This document shows positions 10,149-20,375 of a stretch of DNA of 64,000 nt, in pieces. Location: the IMG/VR virus record IMGVR_UViG_3300046660_000513, positions 12,252 through 76,251 of that record. One strand, given 5' to 3'. Each line of letters starts with the position of its first letter. Position 1 is the stretch's first letter. The notes below the pieces were generated by a model. The model was not told where the DNA came from. It saw only the letters and a list, made by a program, of their open reading frames with translations, and made no database searches. Origin of the DNA: a virus. Made by a program: the position numbers and the translations under genes.

Positions 10149-10436
10149 CTACTGTTTGAGCAGCGGGGGTAGTACACCCTCTGCCCGCAGCTTTTTCCGC
10201 AGCGTCTTCATACGACCCAGACTCGGGATGAAGATGTGCCAGATCTCGGAGTTGTTCCCGCTGGTCTCGGTGCACTTCTGGGCGTTGGCCAGGCTGCGCG
10301 GTGTACCAGGGTGGGACTCTGCCCGCATCATCTGGGCGTCCCATATGGCGTTCAGCTTGTCGTATTTCAGCAGGCCATGCACCGCACAGACGCTTGGGTC
10401 ATCTGTGGTCGTGCCCTTCAAGCGTTGATAGGTCAT
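10149..10436 (-). CDS. hypothetical protein, leaderless
   Basis: ATG directly after TAGGGTAGATAC. Confidence 0.65.
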   Translation of the reverse strand: MTYQRLKGTTTDDPSVCAVHGLLKYDKLNAIWDAQMMRAESHPGTPRSLANAQKCTETSGNNSEIWHIFIPSLGRMKTLRKKLRAEGVLPPLLKQ

Positions 10437-10646
10437 GTATCTACCCTACTCTTTTGGTTCACGAACGATCCAGTACCCTGCGCCAGCTTGCACCTACTAG
10501 TCTCCCCGGCCTACCGTGGTTCACGTAACACGGTTCTACTCCCTGGTGTTCCAACCATCGGGCTGCAACAACGAGAGGCCCGTACGACTGCAACCCTGTT
10601 GGCGCAGGAGTCGTACAGGTCTCTCGTTGTGTTCGGGATCCAGGCG

Positions 10647-10991
10647 TCAGCAGCCCATGCAGCGGTCCCAATCGCCCTTCAGGACGCGCGGACAATGCTC
10701 GTTACAGTGCACACGGATGCGCTCCCCGTCCGGCTCCTCGTGCACGGTGCAGGTACACAGACCCCGGTCGTGGATCCGGATCAACTGTTCCGTGACCTGG
10801 TCGGCAACTCTCCTGGCCCTGTCCGCGTCGCCTCCGAACGTCTCCTGGATGACCTTGGCGGACCGGTGGCTCATCCAGGTATCGACGGGTACGAGACGGT
10901 GAATCAGGGCCGCCAGTTCGCTCTGTGACAGATCGAACCGCATGCGGGGTTCGGTGACGATACGCGGGAGGTACTCGGGGTCTGATGTCAT
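10647..10991 (-). CDS. hypothetical protein, leaderless
   Basis: ATG directly after GCTAGGGTAGAGAC. Confidence 0.6.
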   Translation of the reverse strand: MTSDPEYLPRIVTEPRMRFDLSQSELAALIHRLVPVDTWMSHRSAKVIQETFGGDADRARRVADQVTEQLIRIHDRGLCTCTVHEEPDGERIRVHCNEHCPRVLKGDWDRCMGC

Positions 10992-11425
10992 GTCTCTACC
11001 CTAGCACGTTGAGTAGCCAGCCCCGAGAACATGGCTTGGATCAGGTCACCTGTCTCATCGGAGCTGCGGTCCAGCAACACCAGGGGATCCACCGGACCGA
11101 ATAGATCGTGATAGATCACCTGCAAGCCAAGCATTGTCGCCGGGTTCTGGGTGCGGTACCCGCTGATTCGAGGATCCGAGTTCCGACCGGCCTTCCCTTC
11201 GCGCACGTTGCAGCCCTGACACAACAAGCCTCGAACCAGGGTCGTCCGGTGACAGTGGTCCATTACCAACCGGTCTCTCCGGTACCCGCAGAGAGCACAC
11301 CGGTTGTCTTGCCAAACCGTCAGCAGCTCGCGGGCTTCTGGAAAGCCGTCCTCGGCCAGCGCTGCGACTTGTATCCGGTGATCCTCAGTGACTGCCCAGT
11401 CCCAGCAGGCCGGTTTGCCGTCCAT
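10988..11425 (-). CDS. endonuclease VII-like protein
   Basis: Q..RCALCG...MDHCH.T.LVRGLLC..CN motif. Confidence 0.85.
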   Translation of the reverse strand: MDGKPACWDWAVTEDHRIQVAALAEDGFPEARELLTVWQDNRCALCGYRRDRLVMDHCHRTTLVRGLLCQGCNVREGKAGRNSDPRISGYRTQNPATMLGLQVIYHDLFGPVDPLVLLDRSSDETGDLIQAMFSGLATQRARVET

Positions 11426-11437
11426 CGGTAGTCCCTT

Positions 11438-12187
11438 CTAAGCGGTGAGTTTCAGGGCGTCTTGCCCCAGAGCGACCTTGCGAGCGGTAGCGGGCCACCA
11501 GCACCGTCCGCCGTGGGCGGTGGGGACCTGGTCGGCATTCAAGCCCGCTGCGATCGAGGCCCAGGTTTTTTCCCCGCCGACACGTTCTCCGATAATGCGA
11601 GCGACGACCTCGTGCGGCAGCACGGAGGGTCTGCCCAGACGAACACCGCGTGCCTTGAGAGCGGCCAGAGCCTCCCGGGTGCGGGCCTTGATGAGGTTGC
11701 GCTCCATCTCGGCGAACACGGCTTGGATCTGAAACAACGCGATGCCTCCGGGGGTGGTGAGGTCCACTTCGCCATCGGCGGTGGCCATGGACCAACCCTC
11801 TTCCTGGCACTGGGCAGCCAGGTTGAGCAGATCCTTGGCGCTGCGGGCAAGCCGGTCCACGCGCATGAACAGGAGGACCGATGAAGGACCCTGCTGCATA
11901 CGCTGCAAACAGTTACTAAGCGCCTCTCGGTGCAGGGGAGGGATGGACCCGGAGACACCGTCGTCCACGAACCAACCGTCGTCGGGGATGTACAGGTTCT
12001 GTTTGGCGGCACGTTCTTCAATGCCTGCCTTCTGAGCTTCGAGTCCGGCACCGGATTCGACCTGTTCCTCGGTGGACACTCTCAGGTAACCCAAGGCCAT
12101 AGCTTTGTCTCGATGGATGGCTGTAAGGGCTCGTCGTCTGCGTCGGGGCTTACCTGGAGGTTTGTTCGATTCGGGGTGGGTGATCAT
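11438..12187 (-). CDS. serine recombinase (resolvase/invertase family)
   Basis: YLRVST.EQ catalytic Ser, DGVSG, DRLARS, ER..IKART..AL...G..LGRP. Confidence 0.92.
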   Translation of the reverse strand: MITHPESNKPPGKPRRRRRALTAIHRDKAMALGYLRVSTEEQVESGAGLEAQKAGIEERAAKQNLYIPDDGWFVDDGVSGSIPPLHREALSNCLQRMQQGPSSVLLFMRVDRLARSAKDLLNLAAQCQEEGWSMATADGEVDLTTPGGIALFQIQAVFAEMERNLIKARTREALAALKARGVRLGRPSVLPHEVVARIIGERVGGEKTWASIAAGLNADQVPTAHGGRCWWPATARKVALGQDALKLTA

Positions 12188-12736
12188 GCGTAAACTATAC
12201 GCCCCTTTGGTATACGTGACTCGTCGTCAACTTGTACCTAATTAGGGCAGTTGTCCGAATGAGCCGACAGCTAGCTCCACCCGCTAGCACTTCCTGTACT
12301 AACGCAACTACTAACTACCCACTAGTAACTTCCAAACTAGTACTTGCGCACGCGGGTAGTTGCGGACAACAAACAGCCCCTCCCGAGTCATCGGGAGGGG
12401 CTGTCAGTTCTTCGGCTGCTACCCGATCACTTCGACCGTGGGGCAACCCTTGATGATCTCGGTCAACTCGGCCCGGGTGACGGGGGTTCGGGCCCGGCGG
12501 CCGGTCAGTCCGGCGTGCAACGCTATGGCCGGGGCTTCCAGGACGGTCGGCATGCGGTACCTCCGGGCGCGTACTACCAAGAAGTAGTCCCCGAAGCAGA
12601 GTTCGTCTCCGATCTGGGGGCAGGGGGCACTGAACAGGTTCCAGTTGAAGGTGAGGTATTCCACGTCCTGCGGGGTACTTTGCAGCTTGACGACGACTCG
12701 TACGACGCTCATAGAGAACTCCAGGTCAGAGGGCGG

Positions 12737-13087
12737 TTACTTGAGCCAGGACAGTCGGAGGATGACGCGGAGGTGCATCCGGCCGTACATCAGCTTGAGC
12801 CGGTTCGGTACGTACAGCTGGACCCAGTAGTGCTCCATGAGGACGGCCGCGCACTTCTCCAGTCCGGCGCGCATCTCGGCGGTTGCGGCCTCTTCGTCTT
12901 TTGTGAAGACGTGCCAGATGATCTTGGTTTCGCCTTCGTTGTCTTCGGCGTGCCAGACTTCGAAGCCTGCGCGCTGTTCTTTCCAGGAGTACTCCGGGAT
13001 CCCGAAGCGACGCAGGTAGATGCGGTAGTTGTCCTGCATCATCTTCGAGGTCTTCAGGGTGTGGACCTGGACGGCAATGATCGGCAT
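12737..13087 (-). CDS. hypothetical protein
   Basis: GAGGAG RBS, motif at 13115. Confidence 0.65.
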   Translation of the reverse strand: MPIIAVQVHTLKTSKMMQDNYRIYLRRFGIPEYSWKEQRAGFEVWHAEDNEGETKIIWHVFTKDEEAATAEMRAGLEKCAAVLMEHYWVQLYVPNRLKLMYGRMHLRVILRLSWLK

Positions 13088-13153
13088 GGGGGCTCCTCGG
13101 GCTATTCGGCGATGTATCTACCCTATCACACACTCCGGGTATACTGGAAGTCT

Positions 13154-13300
13154 CCTCAGTTCGTACAACGGCCCGCTCCGGCGGGGACTGCTGACACCTC
13201 GCCCGGGGGCGCCCAAGTATTACCCGGCATGAGATGAATGAAGGCGGTCAGGACACCCCCTGAGGTGGGGGAGACGGGGGTTCGACTCCCCCACTGGGGA
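13154..13300 (+). ncRNA. tRNA-like RNA with ~75-nt structured insertion in the D-loop
   Basis: Acceptor CCTCAGT/ACTGGGG, T-arm GGGGG-TTCGACT-CCCCC, anticodon-like stem CCCCC/GGGGG; TATACT -10 at 13140. Confidence 0.65.
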
Positions 13301-13464
13301 CCGCGTTTCACTCTTACCGAACCTCGGCTAGCACAGCTCAGTGCGCTTGTTCGCATTTTCCCCAACCAGCAAGCAAGTGACGGCATATGACGTACCGTCA
13401 TGCCAGAGGGACGGAACATCCTGTCTTTCGCACACCGTTTTACGACACTGGAGGAGTACCCCCT

Positions 13465-13974
13465 ATGACCACCTCTCAGACGGGGCTCATGTCGTCTGCT
13501 CTCGGTCTGCTCAACAACGACGATGCCGAGCGTGTTGCCGCTTTGGTCGTACGTGACAACGAGGGCGTCACCGACCAGGCCCAGGCTCTCGCCATCGTCG
13601 ACGAGGCGCTGAAGTTCCTCAGCGCCGCCACCACGAGCAAGCCCGGCGACGGCCGCAGGCTGCGCCCCTCGCGCGTCGTCGATATGGGCTGGCACGCCCT
13701 CATCCTGCACACCGAGCTGTACATGACGCTCTGCCACAAGATCGGGCGCTACATCCACCACCGCCCCGAGGGCCCCGAGACGCTGCGTCGTGAGGCCACC
13801 ACCCTCGACATCACCCAGGCCGCGATCCGCGAGGCCGGATACGAGCCCGTCGAATACTTCTGGGGCACCAAGGGCGACACCGAGATCAAGGGTGGCGACT
13901 GCCAACACACCGAGTGCCACCAGGACCCCGGCTGCACCGCGCCTCCCGTGGCCCAGATCGCCGTCGGCGGCTAG
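13465..13974 (+). CDS. glycine-rich-domain (DUF1399-like) protein
   Basis: PS.VVD.GWHALILHT..Y..LC...HH.P motif; GGAGGAG RBS. Confidence 0.7.
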   Translation: MTTSQTGLMSSALGLLNNDDAERVAALVVRDNEGVTDQAQALAIVDEALKFLSAATTSKPGDGRRLRPSRVVDMGWHALILHTELYMTLCHKIGRYIHHRPEGPETLRREATTLDITQAAIREAGYEPVEYFWGTKGDTEIKGGDCQHTECHQDPGCTAPPVAQIAVGG

Positions 13975-14027
13975 TCACGCCGCGTGGGAACAACGGTACA
14001 GTGAGTCACGGTTCCTAGGAGGGGTAC

Positions 14028-14228
14028 ATGAGTGAGACCAGGTGGGTTGATCCCCGGTACGCCGAACTGGTGGACATGTTCGACAAGCTGGTTGCCCGTC
14101 GCCGCCGTCAGGGACCGGTGATGCGATGCCGCGCCTGCACTCACGGCCTCGGGGCCATAGTGATGGTCGACCTCGCAACCAAGAAGCCGATCACCCCGAT
14201 TCGCTGTGCCCGCTGTTCATCCCTGTAG
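14028..14228 (+). CDS. small putative zinc-finger protein
   Basis: Two CxxC motifs, GGAGG RBS. Confidence 0.55.
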   Translation: MSETRWVDPRYAELVDMFDKLVARRRRQGPVMRCRACTHGLGAIVMVDLATKKPITPIRCARCSSL

Positions 14229-14481
14229 GTGGCCTTACGCCCTCTACATCAAAAAGACCCCTCCCGCCGGATGGTCGGGAGGGGTCTTTTTGTCACACGC
14301 CCGCAGGCGTCGGGGAGAACAGACGGCAGTTCAGGCAGAGCCGTCCTTCCACCCAACACTCAGGTATACAGGGCCCGTTGTGCTTGCTTGGCGGCTTGGT
14401 GGTGTAGGCCTTGGTGTTGGTCGAGCGGCAGTTACGACACTGGTGTGGGGTGGCGGGAGTACTCATGACAGGTAGTTTCCC

Positions 14482-15216
14482 CTATGACGTGGGTGGCAGG
14501 AACTGGATAATGTCGATGTCCTGGGGGAGGAACTCGGCGTTGTCGGGGAACCGTTCGCGCCACTTTGGCGGGATAGTCCCCTGGCACCACAGGTTGTTCG
14601 TGGTGACCGTGCGGCCGTCGAAAAACGTGATGCACCAGCGCCGCCCGCCAAAGCCCTTGAAGCCGTGAGACGACGTGTCGAGGCTGATGATGTAGTGCGT
14701 GTGGTCCACGACAACCCGCTGCGTCGGATCATCACCGTCGCGCACCCCGCCGGGTCCCCAGAACCAGTCGGCATGGTCCTCAGAGTCTTCGATCTGTACG
14801 AGGGTTTGTCCATTCGGCGGCAAAGTGGCGGTGATCAGGTGGTTTGTGTTGGTTCCGTCTGCGTTTCCCTGGCTGTACATGCACCGGGCGACCGCTGTGC
14901 CGTCATCGTGATGGGTGAACAGGGGAGCCCCGCGTGAGCTGCCGTGACGCCCTTGGGGCATACGGTCTATGGTTTTCTGGACGGCTTTCCAGAGGGTGTC
15001 TTCCTCCTGCTTCTTGCTGGCGACGAACTCCAGGGTCTGGGTGCCGAGTTCTGTCATGGCGCCTTGGTTGGGGCCGGTGAGTTCCACAAGGCCTTGTGCT
15101 GCGAGGGTAGTCAGGGCTTTCTGCTCGGATGCGTTGTAGGCCGTGATCTTCCCGTGGCTGCGCTGGGCTACTTCTAGCTTCCAGCGTTCATCATGGGTGA
15201 GGTTGATGATGGTCAT
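14482..15216 (-). CDS. hypothetical phage protein (GFGGR...T.NLW.QG.IP motif)
   Basis: ORF downstream of motif at 15243. Confidence 0.7.
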   Translation of the reverse strand: MTIINLTHDERWKLEVAQRSHGKITAYNASEQKALTTLAAQGLVELTGPNQGAMTELGTQTLEFVASKKQEEDTLWKAVQKTIDRMPQGRHGSSRGAPLFTHHDDGTAVARCMYSQGNADGTNTNHLITATLPPNGQTLVQIEDSEDHADWFWGPGGVRDGDDPTQRVVVDHTHYIISLDTSSHGFKGFGGRRWCITFFDGRTVTTNNLWCQGTIPPKWRERFPDNAEFLPQDIDIIQFLPPTS

Positions 15217-15302
15217 GTAGTCCCCCAAGATTACAGATGATGTATCTACCCTAACACTAAGGGGGAGGGCCGTCAAACCCTCCCCCTAGCTCTGACCTGG
15301 GA

Positions 15303-15563
15303 TTAGTCCTCCAGGCCCGTCGCCCACGCGAACAGGGTGGCGAGGTTGACGGCGGCGACCGGCTCCCCGTCTTTCTTGAGGATGACGTGCTGTTCCACGG
15401 TGACGGAACGGGTCGCGTCGGCGGGCCAGAATCCCGCGTTGTCGAACGAGGTGCCGTGGGTGAGGGCCGTGACCTCCTGCTCATCCGGCTCGTGCCAGTC
15501 GGGGCGGACGCCAAGGGTGTTGGCGAGGGCAACCAGCTGGGCCTTTGTGGTGATGCGCTGCAT
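15303..15563 (-). CDS. hypothetical protein
   Basis: GAGGAG RBS, motif at 15589. Confidence 0.7.
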   Translation of the reverse strand: MQRITTKAQLVALANTLGVRPDWHEPDEQEVTALTHGTSFDNAGFWPADATRSVTVEQHVILKKDGEPVAAVNLATLFAWATGLED

Positions 15564-15969
15564 GGGAATCTCCTCGGTGGTGGGTATATATCTACCCTAG
15601 CACATCAGTCGGGGACACGTCGAGACGCCGCCAACAACCAGATACGCACATCCCCCAACTGCGCCGCTGTCATCCGGTCATCCTTCAACACGCCCCGCTC
15701 CTCCAGACGCTCGGCCACCTCCCGGACATTCTCCTCAGCCGTCCGCAACAGAGCGGCCAGCGGGAAACTCCCCAACGGGACAGCAGGCTCCTCGGCCATG
15801 CGACACCTCCAGTCGATATGGCCCACACGCTAGGGGACCCCACTGACAAATGCCGTCCACTGCCGCGTCCGGGTACAAAAATCCACCCCTGACGGCCGTC
15901 AACGTCCTCGCGAGACTCGGGCTGTCAGGGGTGGATCTGGGCAATCGTCTTACACCAGGGGCGAGCCTA

Positions 15970-16242
15970 TCAGGCCCTCCCGTCGATCTGAACGAAGGCC
16001 GTCTCACCGTTGACGGTGAACTCGTAGGGGAGGTAATCGCTCTCGGTCATCTCCCGGCGCTGGATCCTTACAGCGTGAACCGTGGGCGGCTTCACTCCGT
16101 CCCAGGCCAGCAGTTCCCGGGTGAGGTCACTGTCTCCGGCGTAGTAGTCGCCTTCCCACATCTTGGCGTAGTCGCGGAGGGTTCCGGCGACGAGGAGCCC
16201 GTCTCGAATCCACGCGTAGCGCTTCGGTTCGGTGTCGCTCAC
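15970..16242 (-). CDS. hypothetical protein
   Basis: ORF in leftward run. Confidence 0.55.
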   Translation of the reverse strand: MSDTEPKRYAWIRDGLLVAGTLRDYAKMWEGDYYAGDSDLTRELLAWDGVKPPTVHAVRIQRREMTESDYLPYEFTVNGETAFVQIDGRA

Positions 16243-16375
16243 TTGCCGTCTCCGCTCTCAATGTCCCGGTCAAGGTAGGGGTCGTGGCCCATGGGCAGGT
16301 AGCCGTTCTGGTGGCGCCAACTGGCCAGAGTGTCCGGGTGTTCGGCGAACCATTGTTCCCAGATTTCGTCGAAGG

Positions 16376-16759
16376 TCATGCGTCGTCTCCTTCATCGGTG
16401 GGCCGGTAGGGCGGGAAGAGGGCTCCTCCGTCGTCTTCCCAGACGCGGACAGGCAGCTTCATGCGTTCCCTCCGCCGGTACTCTTTGGCCCGCTTTCTCT
16501 GGCGATCCTGTTCCTTGCGCAGGAGCTGCCCGGGTGGGGGTTCCCCGGTTTTGGAACGCCGTCTGCGGGCTGTGCGGGGTTCTGCGAGGTTGTCCTTGCG
16601 GCGCTTCTTGAGCCGGTCGTAGGTGTGCCACCAACCGCAGACGCACTTGTAGGATTTGAACAGGGTTCCAAGGTGTTCGCCCTGGTTGGTGGCCGTGATG
16701 TCGGCCCATTCCTTGTTGAAGTGCTTCAGTTTGCCGGTGGGGCAGTGTCTGCGCTTCAT
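16376..16759 (-). CDS. hypothetical basic protein
   Basis: CPTGK...YKC.CG.WH motif; ATGA overlap with upstream ORF. Confidence 0.6.
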   Translation of the reverse strand: MKRRHCPTGKLKHFNKEWADITATNQGEHLGTLFKSYKCVCGWWHTYDRLKKRRKDNLAEPRTARRRRSKTGEPPPGQLLRKEQDRQRKRAKEYRRRERMKLPVRVWEDDGGALFPPYRPTDEGDDA

Positions 16760-17124
16760 GGATTAGTCGTTGGGAGTCCGTTGCAGGGTCCGGAGCCGGG
16801 TGTGCCGCAGGCGTGATCAGGGCGGGTGCACTTCTGGGGGTCGTTGCGGTGGATGATGGCTTCAGCTGCGATTAGGGCCAGGTTGTAGTGACCCCCCTCG
16901 TACGCCGCGCAGAAGGCATTTTCGATCAGCGTTGCCAGTTCGGGCACGGTGTAGGTGTCGCTGCCGATCGATGGGTATCCGTCGGTGTCTTGGTAAACGA
17001 CGGCCATGCTGACGGTCGGTTCAGGGCGTGCGGATTCTGGGGCGAGGTCACAGTCTCCCCAGGTGTAGGTGTGCTGTTCGGAGCAGGTACGTTTGCAGCC
17101 GCGTTCATACCAGTCGGTGGGCAT
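16756..17124 (-). CDS. hypothetical protein
   Basis: GGAGG RBS, motif at 17154. Confidence 0.65.
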   Translation of the reverse strand: MPTDWYERGCKRTCSEQHTYTWGDCDLAPESARPEPTVSMAVVYQDTDGYPSIGSDTYTVPELATLIENAFCAAYEGGHYNLALIAAEAIIHRNDPQKCTRPDHACGTPGSGPCNGLPTTNP

Positions 17125-17301
17125 AATCCCTCCAAGATCAACTCGGCAAGTTATATCTACCCTACCAGAAATTCTGTTGTAAGGGCTAGCAAAAGAGACG
17201 CCCTAGCCCCTGCCTGAAACAGAGTGGACTAGGGCGTGCGCCGGAAATACGTCCCCGACGAAAAGGGAAGTTAAGTTACTTACAAGTAACTGAGCGGAAC
17301 C

Positions 17302-17559
17302 TTACCGGGACGGCTTCCGCAGCTCGTAGAAGTCATTGCCGAGGCGGATCATGTAGATGGTCCGGTCGTCGTTCTCGATGAGCCGGGCGCTCTTATCGCC
17401 GTCCAGGAGAGCCCAGGCATCGGCGCACTTGGCGGGCTTGGTGGTTCCGGAGGCTGAGTCGTACTTGCGGCAATCGGTGTATGCGTCCCGGATGTTGATC
17501 ACGTACTGGCGCCTGTTGCGGCCAATGGTCGTAGGCATGGGTACATTCTCCCAGGTCAA
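17302..17559 (-). CDS. hypothetical protein
   Basis: Motif variant at 17575 upstream. Confidence 0.55.
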   Translation of the reverse strand: MTWENVPMPTTIGRNRRQYVINIRDAYTDCRKYDSASGTTKPAKCADAWALLDGDKSARLIENDDRTIYMIRLGNDFYELRKPSR

Positions 17560-17825
17560 AGCGTTCGATTGTTGTCTCTACCCTATCGCAAAGCCCCGCC
17601 GACCTGCAAGATCGACGGGGCTTCTGCTACATATGTCTCACACGTTCTCCATGTCGGGCGGAAACTGCTTCTCCCACTCCTCCATGGCACGGGATGCGGC
17701 CTCGTGCTTCGTGCAGAACCCGTCATCACTCTCCGGGTCCGACTCCAGCTCGCACTGTTCCGGAGGGGTATCCGGGTAGCTTCCCCCAACCTGCCAGGTA
17801 CAACCCTCTTCTTCCGGTGCAGTCG

Positions 17826-18308
17826 TCATACGGCGCTCTGACCAGAGGGCCGGGACTGCCCGTCCTGCACGGATACAAAGCCAGCTTCCTCGGCCTCCTG
17901 AAGGTCCCTCTCGAACGCGCGGCCGAGAGTCCACGCGTCGTCGTACTTACCTTCGAACAGCAGCTTCGCGACCTGACCGGCGATGTGGACCTGCGAGAGG
18001 GTCCCGCTGATCCAGTTGAACAGCCAGACGTTACCCGCCTGGTACGTGTGCAGCGGATCCGTCTCATAGCCGCGCATGCAGAAGGTCACGAAGAACTTTT
18101 CCAGCTGGTCCCGCTCGCCCCGGAACGCTTCGATCAAGGAGAGCGACTCCGGGAAGTTCTGGTCTGCGGGCCAGGCAACCATGGAGCCCCCGGCGCTCAT
18201 GCCCATCTTCCAGGAGCCGGAGGTCTTCGCGGTCTTCGGCAGGGTGTCGTAGGGCCACGCGGTGGGGTTCGCGACGTTGGCCGGGATCTGTGGGTTCCGG
18301 TGTGCCAT
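17826..18308 (-). CDS. hypothetical protein
   Basis: ORF with GC3-rich codon pattern. Confidence 0.65.
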   Translation of the reverse strand: MAHRNPQIPANVANPTAWPYDTLPKTAKTSGSWKMGMSAGGSMVAWPADQNFPESLSLIEAFRGERDQLEKFFVTFCMRGYETDPLHTYQAGNVWLFNWISGTLSQVHIAGQVAKLLFEGKYDDAWTLGRAFERDLQEAEEAGFVSVQDGQSRPSGQSAV

Positions 18309-18396
18309 GCCGTGTCCTGTCTCTTGGGTGGTGGGTTGAAACGCTACCGGTACGGTCTGACATCCAGACCGTACCGGCGGGTTTTACACGAGGGCC

Positions 18397-18942
18397 TCAG
18401 GCGCTCTGTACGGGTGCCGCCAGGGCCTTGCGGACCGCCTCGACGACCGGAGCCCCCGCGATGTCCCCGATGGCCTTGAGAGCGGCATCCTGGGCCTGCT
18501 TGACGGCCTTGGCGACCTCACCGTGCAGCTCCTTGCGGACGGCCTCGGCGATGACCTGATCGATCGACTTGGTGTTGCTGTGGTGAGAGTTCCGGTTGGG
18601 CGTCCAAGCCTTCTGCGCTTCGTCCATGATGACGTCCCGCAGCGTAGTAGGCTCCCCGCTCGACTCACCCCAACTGTTCGTCTTCCGGATCGGGTTCTGG
18701 AGAGCCTCCATGATGATCGGGTCCAGCTTCTCCCGGATCATCTCGGTGCGGATCTCGGTGACCCGGGCCTTGAGGCCGGTGTACTCCGGCGCCCGGAACA
18801 CCGCCTCCGCGATGCGCTTGGCAACCTTGTCACCGACGGTCTCCACCCCGTCCGGGTACGACTCCCCGTCCTCATCGACGGAGATGACGTCCGCGACCAC
18901 GGTTGCAAGGGTGATCTCCGGGACAGTTACTACGATTTCCAC
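18397..18942 (-). CDS. hypothetical phage protein (helical)
   Basis: ORF with RBS. Confidence 0.7.
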   Translation of the reverse strand: MEIVVTVPEITLATVVADVISVDEDGESYPDGVETVGDKVAKRIAEAVFRAPEYTGLKARVTEIRTEMIREKLDPIIMEALQNPIRKTNSWGESSGEPTTLRDVIMDEAQKAWTPNRNSHHSNTKSIDQVIAEAVRKELHGEVAKAVKQAQDAALKAIGDIAGAPVVEAVRKALAAPVQSA

Positions 18943-19000
18943 AGTGCTTCCTTTTCAGGATGAGACAGGGGCGGCCGGTTGACCGCCCCTTGAGGGTGGA

Positions 19001-19414
19001 TCAGGCAGCCAACGCGTACTTCGCGGCCAGCACCGCCTTCGCGGCGGCGTACGAGGCCTTACGCGGCTTGTAGGTGTTCAGCAGGGTCTGCACCTGGAGG
19101 GCAGTGAAGTGATACACGATGTGGGACTTGGCCTCCCGTCGCGCCGGATCCCCTGCCCGCCCCGACAGACGAGCCATACGGCCGCCCTTCCCGTCCACGG
19201 TGTTCCGGGTGCGCGTGATCTTCGCGGGCTTCATGCCGGTTCGCTTGGCGACACCTCGCAGGGCGATCACCATGCCCTTGGCGGTCTCGGGGTCGATCTC
19301 CGCCGCGATCATGTGCGTCGCGAGTGAACGGCCGCGCTTGAGGGAGGCGTTGAAGCGCGTGGCGGCGGAACGCTGGCGAAGGGTGCGGCGGTTCTGGCGG
19401 GTGTTGGCAAGCAT
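19001..19414 (-). CDS. hypothetical basic protein
   Basis: GAGGGAG RBS, motif at 19449. Confidence 0.7.
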   Translation of the reverse strand: MLANTRQNRRTLRQRSAATRFNASLKRGRSLATHMIAAEIDPETAKGMVIALRGVAKRTGMKPAKITRTRNTVDGKGGRMARLSGRAGDPARREAKSHIVYHFTALQVQTLLNTYKPRKASYAAAKAVLAAKYALAA

Positions 19415-19498
19415 TTGGGTCTCCCTCGGGTGGTGTCCCTTGCTGATGTATCTACCCTAGCGTACTGCGAGGGTAGATACAAGCGAGACCCCGAGTTT

Positions 19499-20045
19499 CT
19501 AGTCCCAAGACCTGTCGTCCCACTGCACCGTGAGATGCAGCCCCCGGTCGTCCCCGTAGCCCTTGATCTCCGTGCGTACCTTCTGACCGATCGGGCAGAC
19601 CTGCCCTCCCGGCAGATTGACGTACACCAGGCGAGCCCCGTTGTTGAGGTCAACGGTCCGGTCGAACGGTTCCCGCAGCCAGCCCGTGATGCTCCGGCAC
19701 CCGGTACGTCCAACAGGCCAGTTCGAGTGCACGTTCCAGGTCCACCCGTGGATGCGGAGTTCGCACACCGCATCGCCCTTACCGATCCGGAGCGTGGCAT
19801 CGGGGGCTGCCGGGCACTCGTACCGGTCGTGCCCGAAGTCGGGGCCCTGGGACACCATCACATCCCACGACATACCGCACGCACACGTCACCTGCGGGTC
19901 TTCCTTGAGCACACCCCACAGGAAGTCTTCATGCATCGTGTCGTAGGCGTTGGCCAGGTAGAACCGGGCGTCGTCCCGGCAGCCGGGGGAGGCCCCGGTC
20001 ATCGCGGCGTCGATCCAAGTCAGCGGAACATCCTTCTTGTCCATG
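19499..20045 (-). CDS. hypothetical protein
   Basis: ORF; start uncertain. Confidence 0.55.
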
Positions 20046-20222
20046 CTCACCACCCCATAGTGTTCAGTTTGTTCATGAGATCTGCTGTTTCTTCCGGGGT
20101 CAGACATGCAGGCCACCGGCAGGGATGGGTACAGGGGTGGGGCAGTGTCGTACACCCCCGATGGCAGCCGCACTCTTCCCGCTTGTCCGCTGGTTCATCG
20201 GTCGGCTGGGTCACAACCCCTC

Positions 20223-20375
20223 CTAAACGTACTTCCAGTTACGGCGGGTGATGATGTGGCCAATGGTTGTCCGGGACACCTTGTACTTATCGGCCAACTC
20301 CCGCTCCAACACCCCACCTTGGGCGTATTCCTTACGTATCGCCCATACATCCTGCCTGGTGAGCTTTGCGGTCAT
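20223..20375 (-). CDS. stand-alone HTH domain of the type found C-terminal on HNH endonucleases
   Basis: AKLT..DV..IR..Y..GGVL.RELA..Y.VS...I..I..R..W; paralogous to 60412-60567. Confidence 0.7.
   Translation of the reverse strand: MTAKLTRQDVWAIRKEYAQGGVLERELADKYKVSRTTIGHIITRRNWKYV

Noticed and set aside
11438-12187. Large serine integrase
   Set aside because: Only 249 aa with no zinc-ribbon/coiled-coil region; fits a resolvase type. No att site identified.
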